64,000 nucleotides of DNA, taken from contig JAJYGH010000041.1 in assembly GCA_021785175.1 (NCBI GenBank), positions 2,815 to 66,814 of the forward strand, given 5' to 3'. A model generated the notes under the pieces. It saw only the letters and a program-made list of their open reading frames with translations, was not told where the DNA came from and did no database searches. The stretch's first letter is position 1; the number at the start of each line of letters is the position of its first letter. Below, one piece after another: positions 30,097 to 40,310 of the stretch. The stretch comes from Chloroflexota bacterium (GTDB lineage Bacteria > Chloroflexota > Limnocylindria > Limnocylindrales > CSP1-4). Both the position numbers and the translations under genes were made by a program.

Positions 30097-31628
30097 CCGG
30101 CCCCGGCCCGGCGCCCGGCGACAACCGCGTCTTCCACGTCGAGGGCGAGCCGGTCCCGCGCGACGCCGATGCGATCGAGGGCGACGCCCTGCCGGTGCCC
30201 GGCGGACAGCTGCCCGTGGTCGGGCCGGCCGTCCGGTTCCTCGACAACCGCACGGGCCTGGTCACGTTCGGCCGGTCCGCGCTGGAGAAGGTGTTCCCCG
30301 ACCACTGGACGTTCCTGCTCGGAGAGATCGCCGCCTTCTCGTTCATCGTGCTGCTGATCACCGGCACGTACCTGACACTGTTCTTCCGTCCGGACGGCAC
30401 GACGACGATCTACACCGGGCCGTACGCCCCGCTCGACGGGACGAAGATGTCCGCCGCGTTCTCGTCGGTGCTCGCGCTGAGCTTCAGCGTCGAGGGCGGC
30501 CTGCTCGCCCGCCAGGCGCACCACTGGGCCGCGCTGCTGTTCATCGCGGCGATCGTCACGCACCTCACCCGGATCTTCCTGACCGGTGCGTTCCGTCGGC
30601 CCCGCGAGTTGAACTGGGTCATCGGGTTCACGCTGCTGCTGCTCGCGCTGGCCGAGGGCATCACGGGGTATTCGCTGCCCGACGACCTGCTGTCCGGCAC
30701 GGGCCTTCGGATCATCTACTCGATCATCATGGCGATCCCGTTCCTCGGGCCGTGGATCGCCTCGCTCCTGTTCGGCGGCCTCTTCCCGACGACCGCGATC
30801 ATCAGCCGTCTGTTCATCGTGCACGTCCTGCTGCTGCCGGGCGCGCTGATCGGCCTGATCTCGGTCCATCTCCTGTTCGTCTGGATCCAGAAGCACACGC
30901 AGTACAAGATCCCGGGCGCGACGGAGCACAACGTCATCGGGCTGTCCCTGTGGCCCGGACAGGCCTTCCGGTCCATCGGGGCGTTCCTGCTGACGGCCGC
31001 GGTGATCGCACTCCTTGGCGGGCTCTTCGAGATCAACCCGGTGTGGATCTACGGCCCGTACGTGCCCTACGCGGCCGCCGTTCCCGCGCAGCCGGACTAC
31101 TACGTCGGTTGGCTCGAGGGGCTGGTCCGGATGGCGCCGAACTGGCAGCTGACGCTCTTCGGGATCACCATCCTGCCCGAGCCGTTCATCCCGGGGCTCG
31201 TCGTCCCGGGCGTCCTCTTCACGGTGCTGTGGATCTGGCCGTTCATCGAGGCGTTCATCACGGGCGACCGTCGGGAGCACAACCTGCTCGACTGGCCGTG
31301 GGAGGCACCCTGGCGGGCGGCGACCGGGGCGGCCTTCGCCACGATCTTCCTGGTGCTGCTGCTCGAGGGCGCGAACGACGTGCTCGCCGCGTGGCTGCTG
31401 ATCCCGGTCGAGAACCTCACCCAGTTCTTCCGCATCATGGTGTTCGCCGGGCCCGTCATCGCGTGGATCGTGACGTATCGACTCGCCCGCGCGCGGCTCG
31501 AGCACGGGACGAAGCCCATCGAGCCCCGGGGTGGCATCGCGCTCCGGCGCAACGCCACCGGCGGGTTCGAGGAGGTGCACGACCGGGCTGCCGTGGACGC
31601 GGCGCTTGGCGGCGGAGGCCCGAAGTGA
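30093..31628 (+). CDS. qcrB: Cytochrome bc1 complex cytochrome b subunit
   Basis: 511-aa polytopic protein with conserved His in TM helices (HHWAALLFI, HVLLLPG). The ATG overlaps the qcrA stop. Confidence 0.9.
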   Translation: MTGPGPAPGDNRVFHVEGEPVPRDADAIEGDALPVPGGQLPVVGPAVRFLDNRTGLVTFGRSALEKVFPDHWTFLLGEIAAFSFIVLLITGTYLTLFFRPDGTTTIYTGPYAPLDGTKMSAAFSSVLALSFSVEGGLLARQAHHWAALLFIAAIVTHLTRIFLTGAFRRPRELNWVIGFTLLLLALAEGITGYSLPDDLLSGTGLRIIYSIIMAIPFLGPWIASLLFGGLFPTTAIISRLFIVHVLLLPGALIGLISVHLLFVWIQKHTQYKIPGATEHNVIGLSLWPGQAFRSIGAFLLTAAVIALLGGLFEINPVWIYGPYVPYAAAVPAQPDYYVGWLEGLVRMAPNWQLTLFGITILPEPFIPGLVVPGVLFTVLWIWPFIEAFITGDRREHNLLDWPWEAPWRAATGAAFATIFLVLLLEGANDVLAAWLLIPVENLTQFFRIMVFAGPVIAWIVTYRLARARLEHGTKPIEPRGGIALRRNATGGFEEVHDRAAVDAALGGGGPK

Positions 31629-32512
31629 ACCGCAGGATCCTCATCCTGGCCGGCGCGACCGTCGCGCTCGCCGGCGCGTGCATGCCGCAGTCCGCGACCG
31701 TCCAGGAGGAATCGACCTACAACCTCTACCAGGTCTTCTTCTGGACGGCCGCGGTGGTCGCCGCAATCGTCTACGTGATGACGACGCTCGCGATCATCCG
31801 CTTCCGCCGGAGGCGGGACCAGCGCGACGACGAACTGCCCACGCAGACCCGGGAGAACCGGCCGCTGGAGGTGGCGTGGACCGCGCTCCCGTTCCTGACG
31901 GTCTTCGTGCTGTTCATCCTGACCCTGTTCACGCTGAATACCGTCGACGCGATGCCGCCCAACCCCGCCGCCACGATCGACGTGACGGCCTTCCGCTGGT
32001 CGTGGACCTTCGTGTATCCGGGGAAGGGCGTCACGATCACCGGCGCCACGGGGCAGCCGCCCGAGATGGTCGTGCCGGCCGGTCAGAACCTCCACATCGT
32101 CCTGACGTCCGCGGACGTCGACCACGCGTTCTGGATCCCGAAGTTCCTGTTCAAGCGTGACGCCATTCCGGGCATCACCAACGAGTTCAACTTCACGATC
32201 AAGCAACCCGGCACGTACTCCGGCCAGTGCGCCGAGTACTGCGGGCTCTACCACGACGAGATGACGTTCACGGTGCGCGCCGTCCCGCCGGCCGAGTACC
32301 AGTCCTGGCTCGTCTCGCAGCGCGCGGGCGCGTCCGCCTCGCCGTCGCCGTCGGCTCTGCCGTCCGCCGCCCAACCGTCGCCGGTCACCCCGAAGGGTAC
32401 GGTGGGCCCGACGTACACCGGGGCCCCCTCGCCGGCCGCGGCATCGCCGGTGTCGCCCGGCCCATCGTCGTCGCCGACCGCGTTCTCCGCGCCCGCTGGG
32501 AGCCAGCCATGA
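31625..32512 (+). CDS. ctaC: Cytochrome c oxidase subunit II with Ser/Pro-rich C-terminal tail
   Basis: Two TM helices, CuA centre (DVDHAFWIP; [12 protein letters not shown]), then about 70 aa of S/P/A-rich tail. The GTG start overlaps the qcrB stop. Confidence 0.85.
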   Translation: MNRRILILAGATVALAGACMPQSATVQEESTYNLYQVFFWTAAVVAAIVYVMTTLAIIRFRRRRDQRDDELPTQTRENRPLEVAWTALPFLTVFVLFILTLFTLNTVDAMPPNPAATIDVTAFRWSWTFVYPGKGVTITGATGQPPEMVVPAGQNLHIVLTSADVDHAFWIPKFLFKRDAIPGITNEFNFTIKQPGTYSGQCAEYCGLYHDEMTFTVRAVPPAEYQSWLVSQRAGASASPSPSALPSAAQPSPVTPKGTVGPTYTGAPSPAAASPVSPGPSSSPTAFSAPAGSQP

Positions 32513-34209
32513 GCACACTCACCGACGTCGTCCCCGTCGTGCGCCCTCGTGCCGGGGCCAACATCCTCGAGTGGGTCACGACGACCGATCACAAGAAGAT
32601 CGGCCTGCTGTACCTCTTCACCGCGCTCGGGTTCTTCATCCTCGGCGGGCTCATGGCCGAGCTCATCCGCGTCAACCTGGCCGCGCCCGGGGCGCAGGTC
32701 GTCACGACCTCCCAGTTCAACCAGCTGTTCACCATCCACGGCACGATCATGCTGCTGTTCTTCGCGACGCCGATCGCGATCGGGTTCGGGAACTACTTCA
32801 TCCCGCTGCAGATCGGCGCCGCCGACATGGCGTTCCCGCGCCTGAACGCGCTCTCGTACTGGTTCTTCCTGTTCGGCGGGATCGCCGTCCTGTCGGGGTT
32901 CTTCGTCGCGGGCGGTGCGGCCCAGGACGGCTGGTACGCATACGCGCCGCTGACCGACACCTACACCCAGGGGTCCGGCATGGACCTGTGGATCATCGGC
33001 GTCGGCATGGTCGGCTTCTCCGGCATCCTCGGTGCGGTCAACTTCATCACCACGATCTTCACGAAGCGCGCCCCCGGCATGACGATGTTCCGGATGCCGA
33101 TCTTCACCTGGAACATGCTGGTGACGTCGGCCATGATCCTGTTCGCGTTCCCGTCGCTCACGGCGGCGCTCGCGATGCTGTTCATCGACCGCCGGCTCGG
33201 GGGCCACGTCTTCGATCCCGCGCAGGGCGGCGACGCCGTGCTGTGGCAGCACCTGTTCTGGTTCTTCGGCCACCCCGAGGTCTACATCGTCATCCTGCCG
33301 TTCTTCGGCATCATGAGCGAGGTCGTCCCCGTCTTCAGCCGCCGGCCGCTGTTCGGGTACAAGCAGATCGTGACGGCCACGTTCTCGATCGCCTTCCTGT
33401 CGATGGCGGTCTGGGCGCACCACATGTTCACGACCGGTGCCGTGGTGGACCCGTTCTTCAGCGCGATGTCCTATCTCATCGCGGTCCCGACCGGCGTCAA
33501 GATCTTCAACTGGATCGCGACGATGTGGAAGGGCCAGATCCGGCTCACCACCGCGATGCTGTTCGCGATCGGGATGCTCTACACGTTCACGATCGGCGGC
33601 ATCACGGGCGTCATGGCGGCATCGCCGCCCCTCGACTTCCAGTTCGAGGACTCGTACTTCATCGTCGCCCACTTCCACAACGTGCTGATCGGCGGGACCG
33701 TGTTCATCACGTTCGCCGGGTTCTACTACTGGTTCCCCAAGATGACCGGCCGCTACCTCGACGAACGGCTCGGAAAGCTCCACTTCCTGGCCTGGTTCGT
33801 CGGCACGCCACTGACGTTGCTCCCGATGTACCAGCTGGGTCTCGACGGCATGCCGCGCCGGATCGCGAACTACGCGCCCGCGACGGGCTGGCAGGACCTG
33901 AACGTCGTGGCGACGGTGGGCGCGATCCTGCTCGCGCTCGGGACGATCCCGTTCCTCGTCGCGATCGTGGCGGCCCTCCGCCAGCCCGAGACCGCACCGA
34001 GCGACGCCTGGGGCGGGTACGCCCTCGAGTGGGCCACGAGCTCGCCACCTCCGGAGCACAACTTCGACTGGCTTCCCCCGATCCGCTCCGATCGCCCCGT
34101 CTTCGACGCCCGGCTGGCGGCGGCGTCGGCGACCAGCGGTAACGGCGATGGGGCGATCGGCCCGACGAGCGGCATCCGCGGCCACATGGCCCGCGGGGAC
34201 GGAGGCTAG
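32509..34209 (+). CDS. ctaD: Cytochrome c oxidase subunit I
   Basis: [13 protein letters not shown] and HFHNVL heme-copper signatures. 566 aa. The ATG overlaps the ctaC stop. Confidence 0.9.
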   Translation: MSTLTDVVPVVRPRAGANILEWVTTTDHKKIGLLYLFTALGFFILGGLMAELIRVNLAAPGAQVVTTSQFNQLFTIHGTIMLLFFATPIAIGFGNYFIPLQIGAADMAFPRLNALSYWFFLFGGIAVLSGFFVAGGAAQDGWYAYAPLTDTYTQGSGMDLWIIGVGMVGFSGILGAVNFITTIFTKRAPGMTMFRMPIFTWNMLVTSAMILFAFPSLTAALAMLFIDRRLGGHVFDPAQGGDAVLWQHLFWFFGHPEVYIVILPFFGIMSEVVPVFSRRPLFGYKQIVTATFSIAFLSMAVWAHHMFTTGAVVDPFFSAMSYLIAVPTGVKIFNWIATMWKGQIRLTTAMLFAIGMLYTFTIGGITGVMAASPPLDFQFEDSYFIVAHFHNVLIGGTVFITFAGFYYWFPKMTGRYLDERLGKLHFLAWFVGTPLTLLPMYQLGLDGMPRRIANYAPATGWQDLNVVATVGAILLALGTIPFLVAIVAALRQPETAPSDAWGGYALEWATSSPPPEHNFDWLPPIRSDRPVFDARLAAASATSGNGDGAIGPTSGIRGHMARGDGG

Positions 34210-34212
34210 GCG

Positions 34213-34785
34213 GTGCCCGAGGAAACAAGACTCTTCCTCCGGAGCTTCCTGTTCGCCTTCGTCGTTGCGGTGGTCTACTGGTTCGTCAGCTACGACTTCG
34301 CCGGGACGATCCTCCTCGGGGCGTTCTCGCTCGCCTCGCTGTTCGCCTTCGCGATCATTCGGTCGGAGGAGCCGGCGAAGGACACGCGCAGGACGGAACG
34401 GTCCGAGCAGGGCGAGGGAATCGTCGGCCACGTGATGGACTGGGTGGGCACGACCGAGCACCCGGGCATGGAGCGCCCGTTCGACGACGAGCGCGGGCGG
34501 ATCCCGGTCGCGAGCGTCGCGCCCGTGGCGGTCGGCGTTGGCGTCGCCCTGATCGCGTTCGGGCTCATCTTCGGGCCGTGGGGCGTGGTCGCGGGCGCCA
34601 TCCCGCTGCTGCTCGGGCTCCGCGAGTGGATCGGCGAGGCGTCTGCCGAGCTGGCCGCGATCGACGTCGACGATGAGCTCGCGGCGGCGCAGGCCGACGT
34701 GGTGCCGCCGCGCGAGGAAGCCACGGCCCCGCAGCGGTCTCACTCCGCGTCGACGCCCAGCCCCCACGCGCCCGGCGCCTCCTGA
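34213..34785 (+). CDS. Probable actinobacterial cytochrome c oxidase subunit IV (CtaF-like)
   Basis: N-terminus TRLFLRSFLFAFVVAVVYWFV and overall 4-TM topology resemble CtaF. It lies 4 nt after ctaD. Confidence 0.55.
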   Translation: MPEETRLFLRSFLFAFVVAVVYWFVSYDFAGTILLGAFSLASLFAFAIIRSEEPAKDTRRTERSEQGEGIVGHVMDWVGTTEHPGMERPFDDERGRIPVASVAPVAVGVGVALIAFGLIFGPWGVVAGAIPLLLGLREWIGEASAELAAIDVDDELAAAQADVVPPREEATAPQRSHSASTPSPHAPGAS

Positions 34786-35192
34786 GGTTCGGCACACCGC
34801 TGTCTCTCCGGCGCGCTTCGCGCGCGCCGCCCCTGACACCGTGCTGCAACGCCACGCCGCGGCACGCCCCGCCGGCGCAGCCGCGCCTGCCCGACACTCG
34901 CGTCGCCGGCGTGGCGAACTCCGTGGCGTGTCGGGATGCGGGGGTCGGCGTGCCACGGATGTTCGTGGCGGCCCGCCGCCCGTGCTCCGGGCCGCCACCA
35001 CTCAGGTACGGGCCACTCGACGGTACCCGCCCGCCCTGCCCCCGCCGTTTCGGGGACCGGACCGGGGTTGCAGACCCGTGACAGGCTGCCCGCAGCCGCC
35101 GGACGAGGTGGGGCGGGGCGCCGGGTGGGGCGGGGCGCCCGGGTGGTGGCGCGCGATCAGCAGGTGCTCGGGGTCAGGTGCTCGGCGAGTGG

Positions 35193-36080
35193 TCAGGCGG
35201 CGGACTTCCGACGGCGCTTTGCCGGCGCCGCCTGCGCGGGGCCCTCGGGCTTCTCGGGCTCCGCCGTGCGCGCGCCGTCCGCCGCTTCTCCCGGCTTCGA
35301 CCCGCGCCTCGCGCGCGCCGCGCGCACGCTCGCCTCGAGCGCCTCCATGAGATCCGTGACCTTCGGTGCCGGGGTCTCCGGCCGTGCGCGCGGTCCCTCG
35401 CCGTGCATCTTGCGCTGGATCAGCTGCTCGACCGCGGCGCGGTACTCGTCACGGTATGCGTCGGGCCGGAAGTCCGCCGACAGGTTCTCGACGAGCGAGC
35501 GGGCCATCTGCATCTCCTTCGCGGATGGCTGTCGCTTCTCGTCGCTCGGTATCTCGAGCGACGAGGTCGCGCGGATCTCGTCGGGCCAGAACATCGTCTC
35601 GAGCGCAATCGTGTCGCCGTAGACCCGCAGCGTCGCGAGCTTCTCCCTCGTGCGGATCGCGACCCGGCCGACGGCGACGCGCCCCGTCTCCTCGAGCGCG
35701 CGGCGCAGCAGCTGGAAGGGCTTCGCCCCGACGTCCTCCGGCTCGAGGAAGTAGCTCTTCTCGAAGTAGATCGGATCGATCTCGTGCAGGTCGACGAAGT
35801 CGTCGATCTCGATCGTCCGGGCGGTCTCGGGCGCGATCGCGTCGAGCTCCTCCGGCTCGACCAGGACGTACTCGCCGCGCGAGACCTCGTAGCCGCGCGC
35901 CAGCTCGTTCCACGACACCTCGCGGTCCTCGACCGTGCAGAAGCGCTTCTCCGCGACCGGCGCGGCGTCGGGCCGGTGCAGGAGCCGGAAATGGATATCG
36001 CGATCCTCGGTCGCGCTGTACAGCCTGACCGGGATCGTCACCATCCCGAAGCTGATCGCGCCCTTCCAGATCGGTCTCAC
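35193..36080 (-). CDS. ku: Non-homologous end-joining protein Ku
   Basis: VRPIWKGAISFGMVTIPVRLYSA Ku core and a Lys-rich C-terminus (KRRRKSAA). GTG at 36080 with a GGAGGG RBS; an alternative ATG is at 36131. Confidence 0.85.
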   Translation of the reverse strand: MRPIWKGAISFGMVTIPVRLYSATEDRDIHFRLLHRPDAAPVAEKRFCTVEDREVSWNELARGYEVSRGEYVLVEPEELDAIAPETARTIEIDDFVDLHEIDPIYFEKSYFLEPEDVGAKPFQLLRRALEETGRVAVGRVAIRTREKLATLRVYGDTIALETMFWPDEIRATSSLEIPSDEKRQPSAKEMQMARSLVENLSADFRPDAYRDEYRAAVEQLIQRKMHGEGPRARPETPAPKVTDLMEALEASVRAARARRGSKPGEAADGARTAEPEKPEGPAQAAPAKRRRKSAA

Positions 36081-36468
36081 GGCCCCCTCCGTCTCAACTC
36101 GAAGGTGCGCATGCCGCGCCCGTCGCCGCATATCCTGCGCCTCAAGAGGGAGCGAGGCGCGCACTCCCCGGGTTGACGGCTTGCACTGGTCTGCCGACCG
36201 CCGCCCGTCCGCCGAGCAACCGTCCTGCAATGCGCGTTCTGCGCGTGTACGACCGGCCCCACGCGCGTGGAAACCGCCAGCGACGAGTCGTAGAGCCCTT
36301 CGCGGTGCGACTGTAACGGTTTCGCAATGGTTATCACAGTCGGCCTCGGCGACGCTGGGACGGGCGTCGTGTCGGAATGGAAGGCGTCGCGCGCCCGCAA
36401 TGCGCGCCTCCCGCTCCGCACCCGATCCACCCCCGAGCGAGGCGCATGACGACCGAAGTGGAGACCGA

Positions 36469-39222
36469 GTGATCCAGTCTCGTGCCGTCGTCGACGCCGG
36501 GCTCCCGGCCGATGACGCCGGGCTCCCGGCCGATCCGGCGGTCTCCCCCGACGCTCTCCGCGTCGTGGAGTCCATCCCCGGTCGCGCGTGCGTCCTGGAC
36601 GCCGGGATCGTCGTCGCCTCGAACGCGGAGTGGCAGCGAGCGATCTCGACGCTGCCGGGCGCCCACTGGACGTCCGGGGTGCACCAGGACGAGCGCGCGG
36701 ACGCAAGGCGCGGGTGGGACGAGGCCGTGGCAGCGGGCCGGCCGTTCTCGCGCGACGTGCGGCTGCGGATGTCCTCCGGCGAGGATCGCTGGCAGACGCT
36801 GCGTGCGACGCGGCTCGCCGGTGCCTCGGACTCGCTCTGGATCGCGACCGCCACGGACGCGCACGACCGGCGTGGGTCGCAGGACGACGCACTCGCCCTG
36901 CTCGACACGCTCGTGGGGCCCGCACCCGTGGGTTTCGGGTACTGGGACGCGTCCCTCCGGGCCGTCAGGGTGAACGAGGCGTTTGCGCGACTGGTCGGCC
37001 TGCCCGCCGAACGGGTGCTCGGACAGCCGGCCGGGGCAGGGCTGGCGCGGGACAGCGCGGCGCGCCTCCGTCGCTTGCTCTCGTCGGTGCTCCGTACGGG
37101 GCGGCCGATCGTGGAGCGCGACATCGAGCTCAGGCGCGAGGACGGGCCTGCGCGGCGCTGGATGCTCAGCGCGTACCCGGTTCTCGGCCACGCCGGCAAC
37201 GTCTCGGGCGTGGGCGCGGTCGTGACCGACATCACGGAGCGCGCCCACGCAGAGGAAGCGTCGCGGTTCCTGGCCGAGGCCGGGCGCGTCCTCGGCGAAT
37301 CCCTCGACTACGAGACGACACTTGCGAACGTCGCCGATCTCGCCGTCCCCCGCATCGCCGACTGGTGCTCGGTCGAGATGCTCGAGCCCGACGGCAGCGC
37401 GCGGCCGCTGCGCGTCGCCCACCTCGATCCGGACAGGGTTGCGCTCGCCCGTGACCTCCGCGAGCGGTTCCCGCTGTCGCCCGACGCTCCCCTGGGTGCG
37501 CCGGCCGTCGCCCGGTCGGGACAGCCCGAGTTCATCCCGGTCGTCCCTCCCGAACTGATCGACTCGCTGGTCGCCGACCCGGAGGTCCGCCGGATCGTCC
37601 ACGAACTCGGGCCCCGTTCCTACATGTGCGTCCCGATCACCAGCGGCGGGGGCGTCATCGGCGCGATCACGTTCGTGCTGGCCGAATCGGGCAGGACCTT
37701 CGACGAGCGCGACCTGTCGCTTGCCACCGAGCTCGCACGCCAGGCCGCGACCGCGATCGAGCGCGGGCGCCTCTACCGCGACGTGACCCGGCTCGCGGCC
37801 ACGCTCGATGCCGTCGACGACGCCATCCTCGTCTTCGATCCCGCGACGCTCGTGTTCACGTATGTGAACCGCGGGGCTGTCGCGCAGGTGGGGTACACGC
37901 CCGAGGAGCTCCTGCGGATGACGCCGCTCGACATCAAGCTGCTCTTCGACGAGCAGTCCTACCGCGCCGTCCTCGAGCCGCTGCTGCGCGGGGAGCGCCC
38001 GTCGCGGACGATCAACACGCTCCATCGCCACAAGGACGGCCGACTCATCCCCGTCGAGGTGTCGATGCAGTACATGCTGCTCGAAGGAGGCGAGGCACGG
38101 CTCGTGTCGATCGCCCGGGACGTCACGCAGCGGGTCGAGGCCGAGGCGCGGCTGCATCGCCTGGCCCGGTCGGAGCAGGCCCGGGCGGCCGAGTTCGCGG
38201 CGATGGTCGGGGCGATCGGCGACGGGGTCGTCGTGTGCTCGCCGGGCGGCGACGTCACGCACGCCAACCCTGCGGCCGTCGAGCTCTTCGGCCCGGATGC
38301 GGCCACCTGGGAGGCGATCCACGGCCAGCTCGAGGACCCCGAAGACGTGGCTCCCGTTCCCGGGAGGCTCGAGCGGCAGGGACCCGTGGAGCTTCGGCGC
38401 GAGGGTCGGGAGCAGTGGCTCGCGCTGACCGCGTACCCTGTCCTGGGCGAGGCGCCCGCCGCGCCGGAGCGTCCGGTGATCGCCACGATCGTGCTCGTGC
38501 GCGACGTCACCGAGGCCCGGCACACGCAGCGCGCGCAGGAGGCGTTCATCGGCGTGCTCTCGCACGAGCTCAGGACGCCCGTGACGACCATATACGGCGG
38601 GGCCAAGGTGCTCGGCGAACGGGCCGATTCGCTGGCGCCCGAGGTGCGCGACGACGTCTACCGCGACATCGCAGCCGAGTCGGAGCGCCTGTACCGCCTT
38701 GTCGAGGATCTCCTCGTGCTGGCCAGGTTCGACGGCGTGTCCCCCGGATCGCTCGGCGACGAGCCCGTGCTGCTCCAGCGGATCGTCCCCGGCATCGTCG
38801 ACGTCGAACGCTCGCGGTTCCCCGCCACGCAGTTCACGCTGGACATCTCGCCCGGCCTTCCGACCGTGCGCGCGGAGCGGACCTACGTCGAGCAGGTGAC
38901 GAGGAACCTGCTCGGCAACGCGGCCAAGTACAGCCCCGCCGGGAGCACGGTGCGGCTGGTCCTGGACCACGCCGATGGCATGGTCGCGGTGCGTGTGCTC
39001 GATGATGGACCGGGCTTCCCCCTGGAGGAAGCCGAGGAGCTCTTCGAGCTGTTCTATCGCTCGCCCACCACGTCGCGGACCGCCAGCGGCGCGGGCATCG
39101 GGCTGTTCGTCAGCCGGCGGCTCATCGAGGGAATGGGCGGACGCATCTGGGCGCTCCCGCGTCCCGAAGGCGGGTCCGAATTCGGCTTTGCCCTGAAGAC
39201 GTTCACGGAGGAGGAAGCCTGA
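36469..39222 (+). CDS. Cytoplasmic PAS-GAF-PAS sensor histidine kinase with KdpD-like transmitter
   Basis: PAS, GAF (SYMCVPITSGGGVIGAITFVL) and second PAS, then H-box SHELRTPVTTIYG, LLVLARFDG and a HATPase domain. No TM segments. First plausible start is GTG 36469; the 5' part of track ORF 35935.. is a shadow over ku. A tandem 21-bp duplication encodes GLPADDAGLPAD near the N-terminus. Confidence 0.75.
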   Translation: MIQSRAVVDAGLPADDAGLPADPAVSPDALRVVESIPGRACVLDAGIVVASNAEWQRAISTLPGAHWTSGVHQDERADARRGWDEAVAAGRPFSRDVRLRMSSGEDRWQTLRATRLAGASDSLWIATATDAHDRRGSQDDALALLDTLVGPAPVGFGYWDASLRAVRVNEAFARLVGLPAERVLGQPAGAGLARDSAARLRRLLSSVLRTGRPIVERDIELRREDGPARRWMLSAYPVLGHAGNVSGVGAVVTDITERAHAEEASRFLAEAGRVLGESLDYETTLANVADLAVPRIADWCSVEMLEPDGSARPLRVAHLDPDRVALARDLRERFPLSPDAPLGAPAVARSGQPEFIPVVPPELIDSLVADPEVRRIVHELGPRSYMCVPITSGGGVIGAITFVLAESGRTFDERDLSLATELARQAATAIERGRLYRDVTRLAATLDAVDDAILVFDPATLVFTYVNRGAVAQVGYTPEELLRMTPLDIKLLFDEQSYRAVLEPLLRGERPSRTINTLHRHKDGRLIPVEVSMQYMLLEGGEARLVSIARDVTQRVEAEARLHRLARSEQARAAEFAAMVGAIGDGVVVCSPGGDVTHANPAAVELFGPDAATWEAIHGQLEDPEDVAPVPGRLERQGPVELRREGREQWLALTAYPVLGEAPAAPERPVIATIVLVRDVTEARHTQRAQEAFIGVLSHELRTPVTTIYGGAKVLGERADSLAPEVRDDVYRDIAAESERLYRLVEDLLVLARFDGVSPGSLGDEPVLLQRIVPGIVDVERSRFPATQFTLDISPGLPTVRAERTYVEQVTRNLLGNAAKYSPAGSTVRLVLDHADGMVAVRVLDDGPGFPLEEAEELFELFYRSPTTSRTASGAGIGLFVSRRLIEGMGGRIWALPRPEGGSEFGFALKTFTEEEA

Positions 39223-39223
39223 C

Positions 39224-40033
39224 ATGAACAACCAGTTGCTCGTCCTCGTCGCCGACGACGAGCCCCGGATCACGAAGCTCGTTGCCCTCACGCTCCACGA
39301 CGAGGGCTTCCGCGTCGTCACCGCGAACAGCGGGGAGGAGGCGCTGCGCAAGGCGGAGGAGGTGCGCCCGGACATCGTCCTGCTCGACATCGTCATGCCC
39401 GACCTCGACGGCATCGAGGTCATGCGCCAGCTCCGCGAGTGGCGGCCGGTTCCCGTCATCCTGCTGACGGCGAAGGGCTCCACCGCCGACAAGGCGAAGG
39501 GCCTCGACCTCGGTGCGGACGACTACGTCGCGAAGCCGTTCCACCCCGACGAGCTCGCGGCTCGCGTGCGCGCTGTGCTGCGCCGCGCGGCCGGGTCCCC
39601 GGGCGCCGGCGTCGTCCGTCTCGGCGACATCGAGATCGACCTGGAGCGCCGCCTCGTGACGCGAAACGGCGAGCTGATCTCGCTGTCGCGCACCGAGTGG
39701 CTGCTGCTGCAGCACCTTGCCGCCAACGCCGGCCGCGTGGTGCTGCACACCGAGCTGCTCACGAAGGTGTGGGGTCCGGAGTACCGCGACGACCTCCAGT
39801 ACCTCCGGGTGTGGATCAGCCGTGTGCGCCGGAAGCTTGGCGCGGCCCCCGGCGAGCCGGGCCCGATCACCACGTTCCAGGGCATCGGGTACGTGCTCGA
39901 CATCGAGGGCGCGCGCCAGGTCTCGCCGTCCCCTGCGAGCGATGCTGCCCGCGTGGACGCCGCGGCGACGGCGCCCGGGCCGACGGGCGTCGAGGCCGGC
40001 GGACCGGCCGTCGAGGCCAACGCGGTCGGGTAG
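39224..40033 (+). CDS. OmpR/KdpE-like response regulator
   Basis: Receiver plus winged helix; ELLTKVWGPEYRDDLQYLRVWISRVRRKL closely resembles KdpE. It starts 2 nt after the kinase stop. Confidence 0.8.
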   Translation: MNNQLLVLVADDEPRITKLVALTLHDEGFRVVTANSGEEALRKAEEVRPDIVLLDIVMPDLDGIEVMRQLREWRPVPVILLTAKGSTADKAKGLDLGADDYVAKPFHPDELAARVRAVLRRAAGSPGAGVVRLGDIEIDLERRLVTRNGELISLSRTEWLLLQHLAANAGRVVLHTELLTKVWGPEYRDDLQYLRVWISRVRRKLGAAPGEPGPITTFQGIGYVLDIEGARQVSPSPASDAARVDAAATAPGPTGVEAGGPAVEANAVG

Positions 40034-40090
40034 GCGCACCGGAGCACAACCGGAGCCGCCGGCAGACGCCCCGGCGGCTCTTCCATGTCC

Positions 40091-40137
40091 CGGCCGCTTC
40101 GGGCCGCTTCGGGCCGCTTCGGGCCGCTTCGGGCCGC
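40091..40137. repeat. Perfect 10-bp tandem repeat (gggccgcttc) x about 4.7
   Basis: cggccgcttc gggccgcttc gggccgcttc gggccgcttc gggccgcgg, read directly. It lies about 58 nt after the response-regulator stop. Confidence 0.8.
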
Positions 40138-40171
40138 GGAGCGGCGGCTGCGCTGCGGGCCGAGGGCCGGC

Positions 40172-40310
40172 CGGAAGCCGGCCGGGGGCCGGCTCCGGAC
40201 AGAAAGCGACCGGGCGGGCCGCGATCCGTCGGCCCGCCCGGTCGGGGGAGCGCGCGACCCGGGGAGGGGGACCGGAGTCGCGCGGAGGGGGCGCTCACGC
40301 GCCCCGGGAT
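40172..40310. promoter_or_regulatory. Array of four GC-rich inverted repeats (hairpins) in a 700-bp intergenic region
   Basis: ccggaagccggcc/ggccggctccgg; gaccgggcgggcc-N10-ggcccgcccggtc (perfect 13-bp stem); gcgcgacccgg/ccggagtcgcgc; ggggcgc-tcac-gcgcccc. All seen in the sequence. Confidence 0.3.

Noticed and set aside
35935-36468. 5' portion of the kinase track ORF
   Set aside because: It overlaps ku on the opposite strand. The translation is Arg/Ser-rich until the GTG at 36469.
36334-39492. 1052-aa minus-strand ORF
   Set aside because: It is antisense to the PAS-GAF kinase and has no motifs.
40091-40137. Possible CRISPR array
   Set aside because: The 10-bp units are contiguous with no spacers, so this is a microsatellite and not a CRISPR array.
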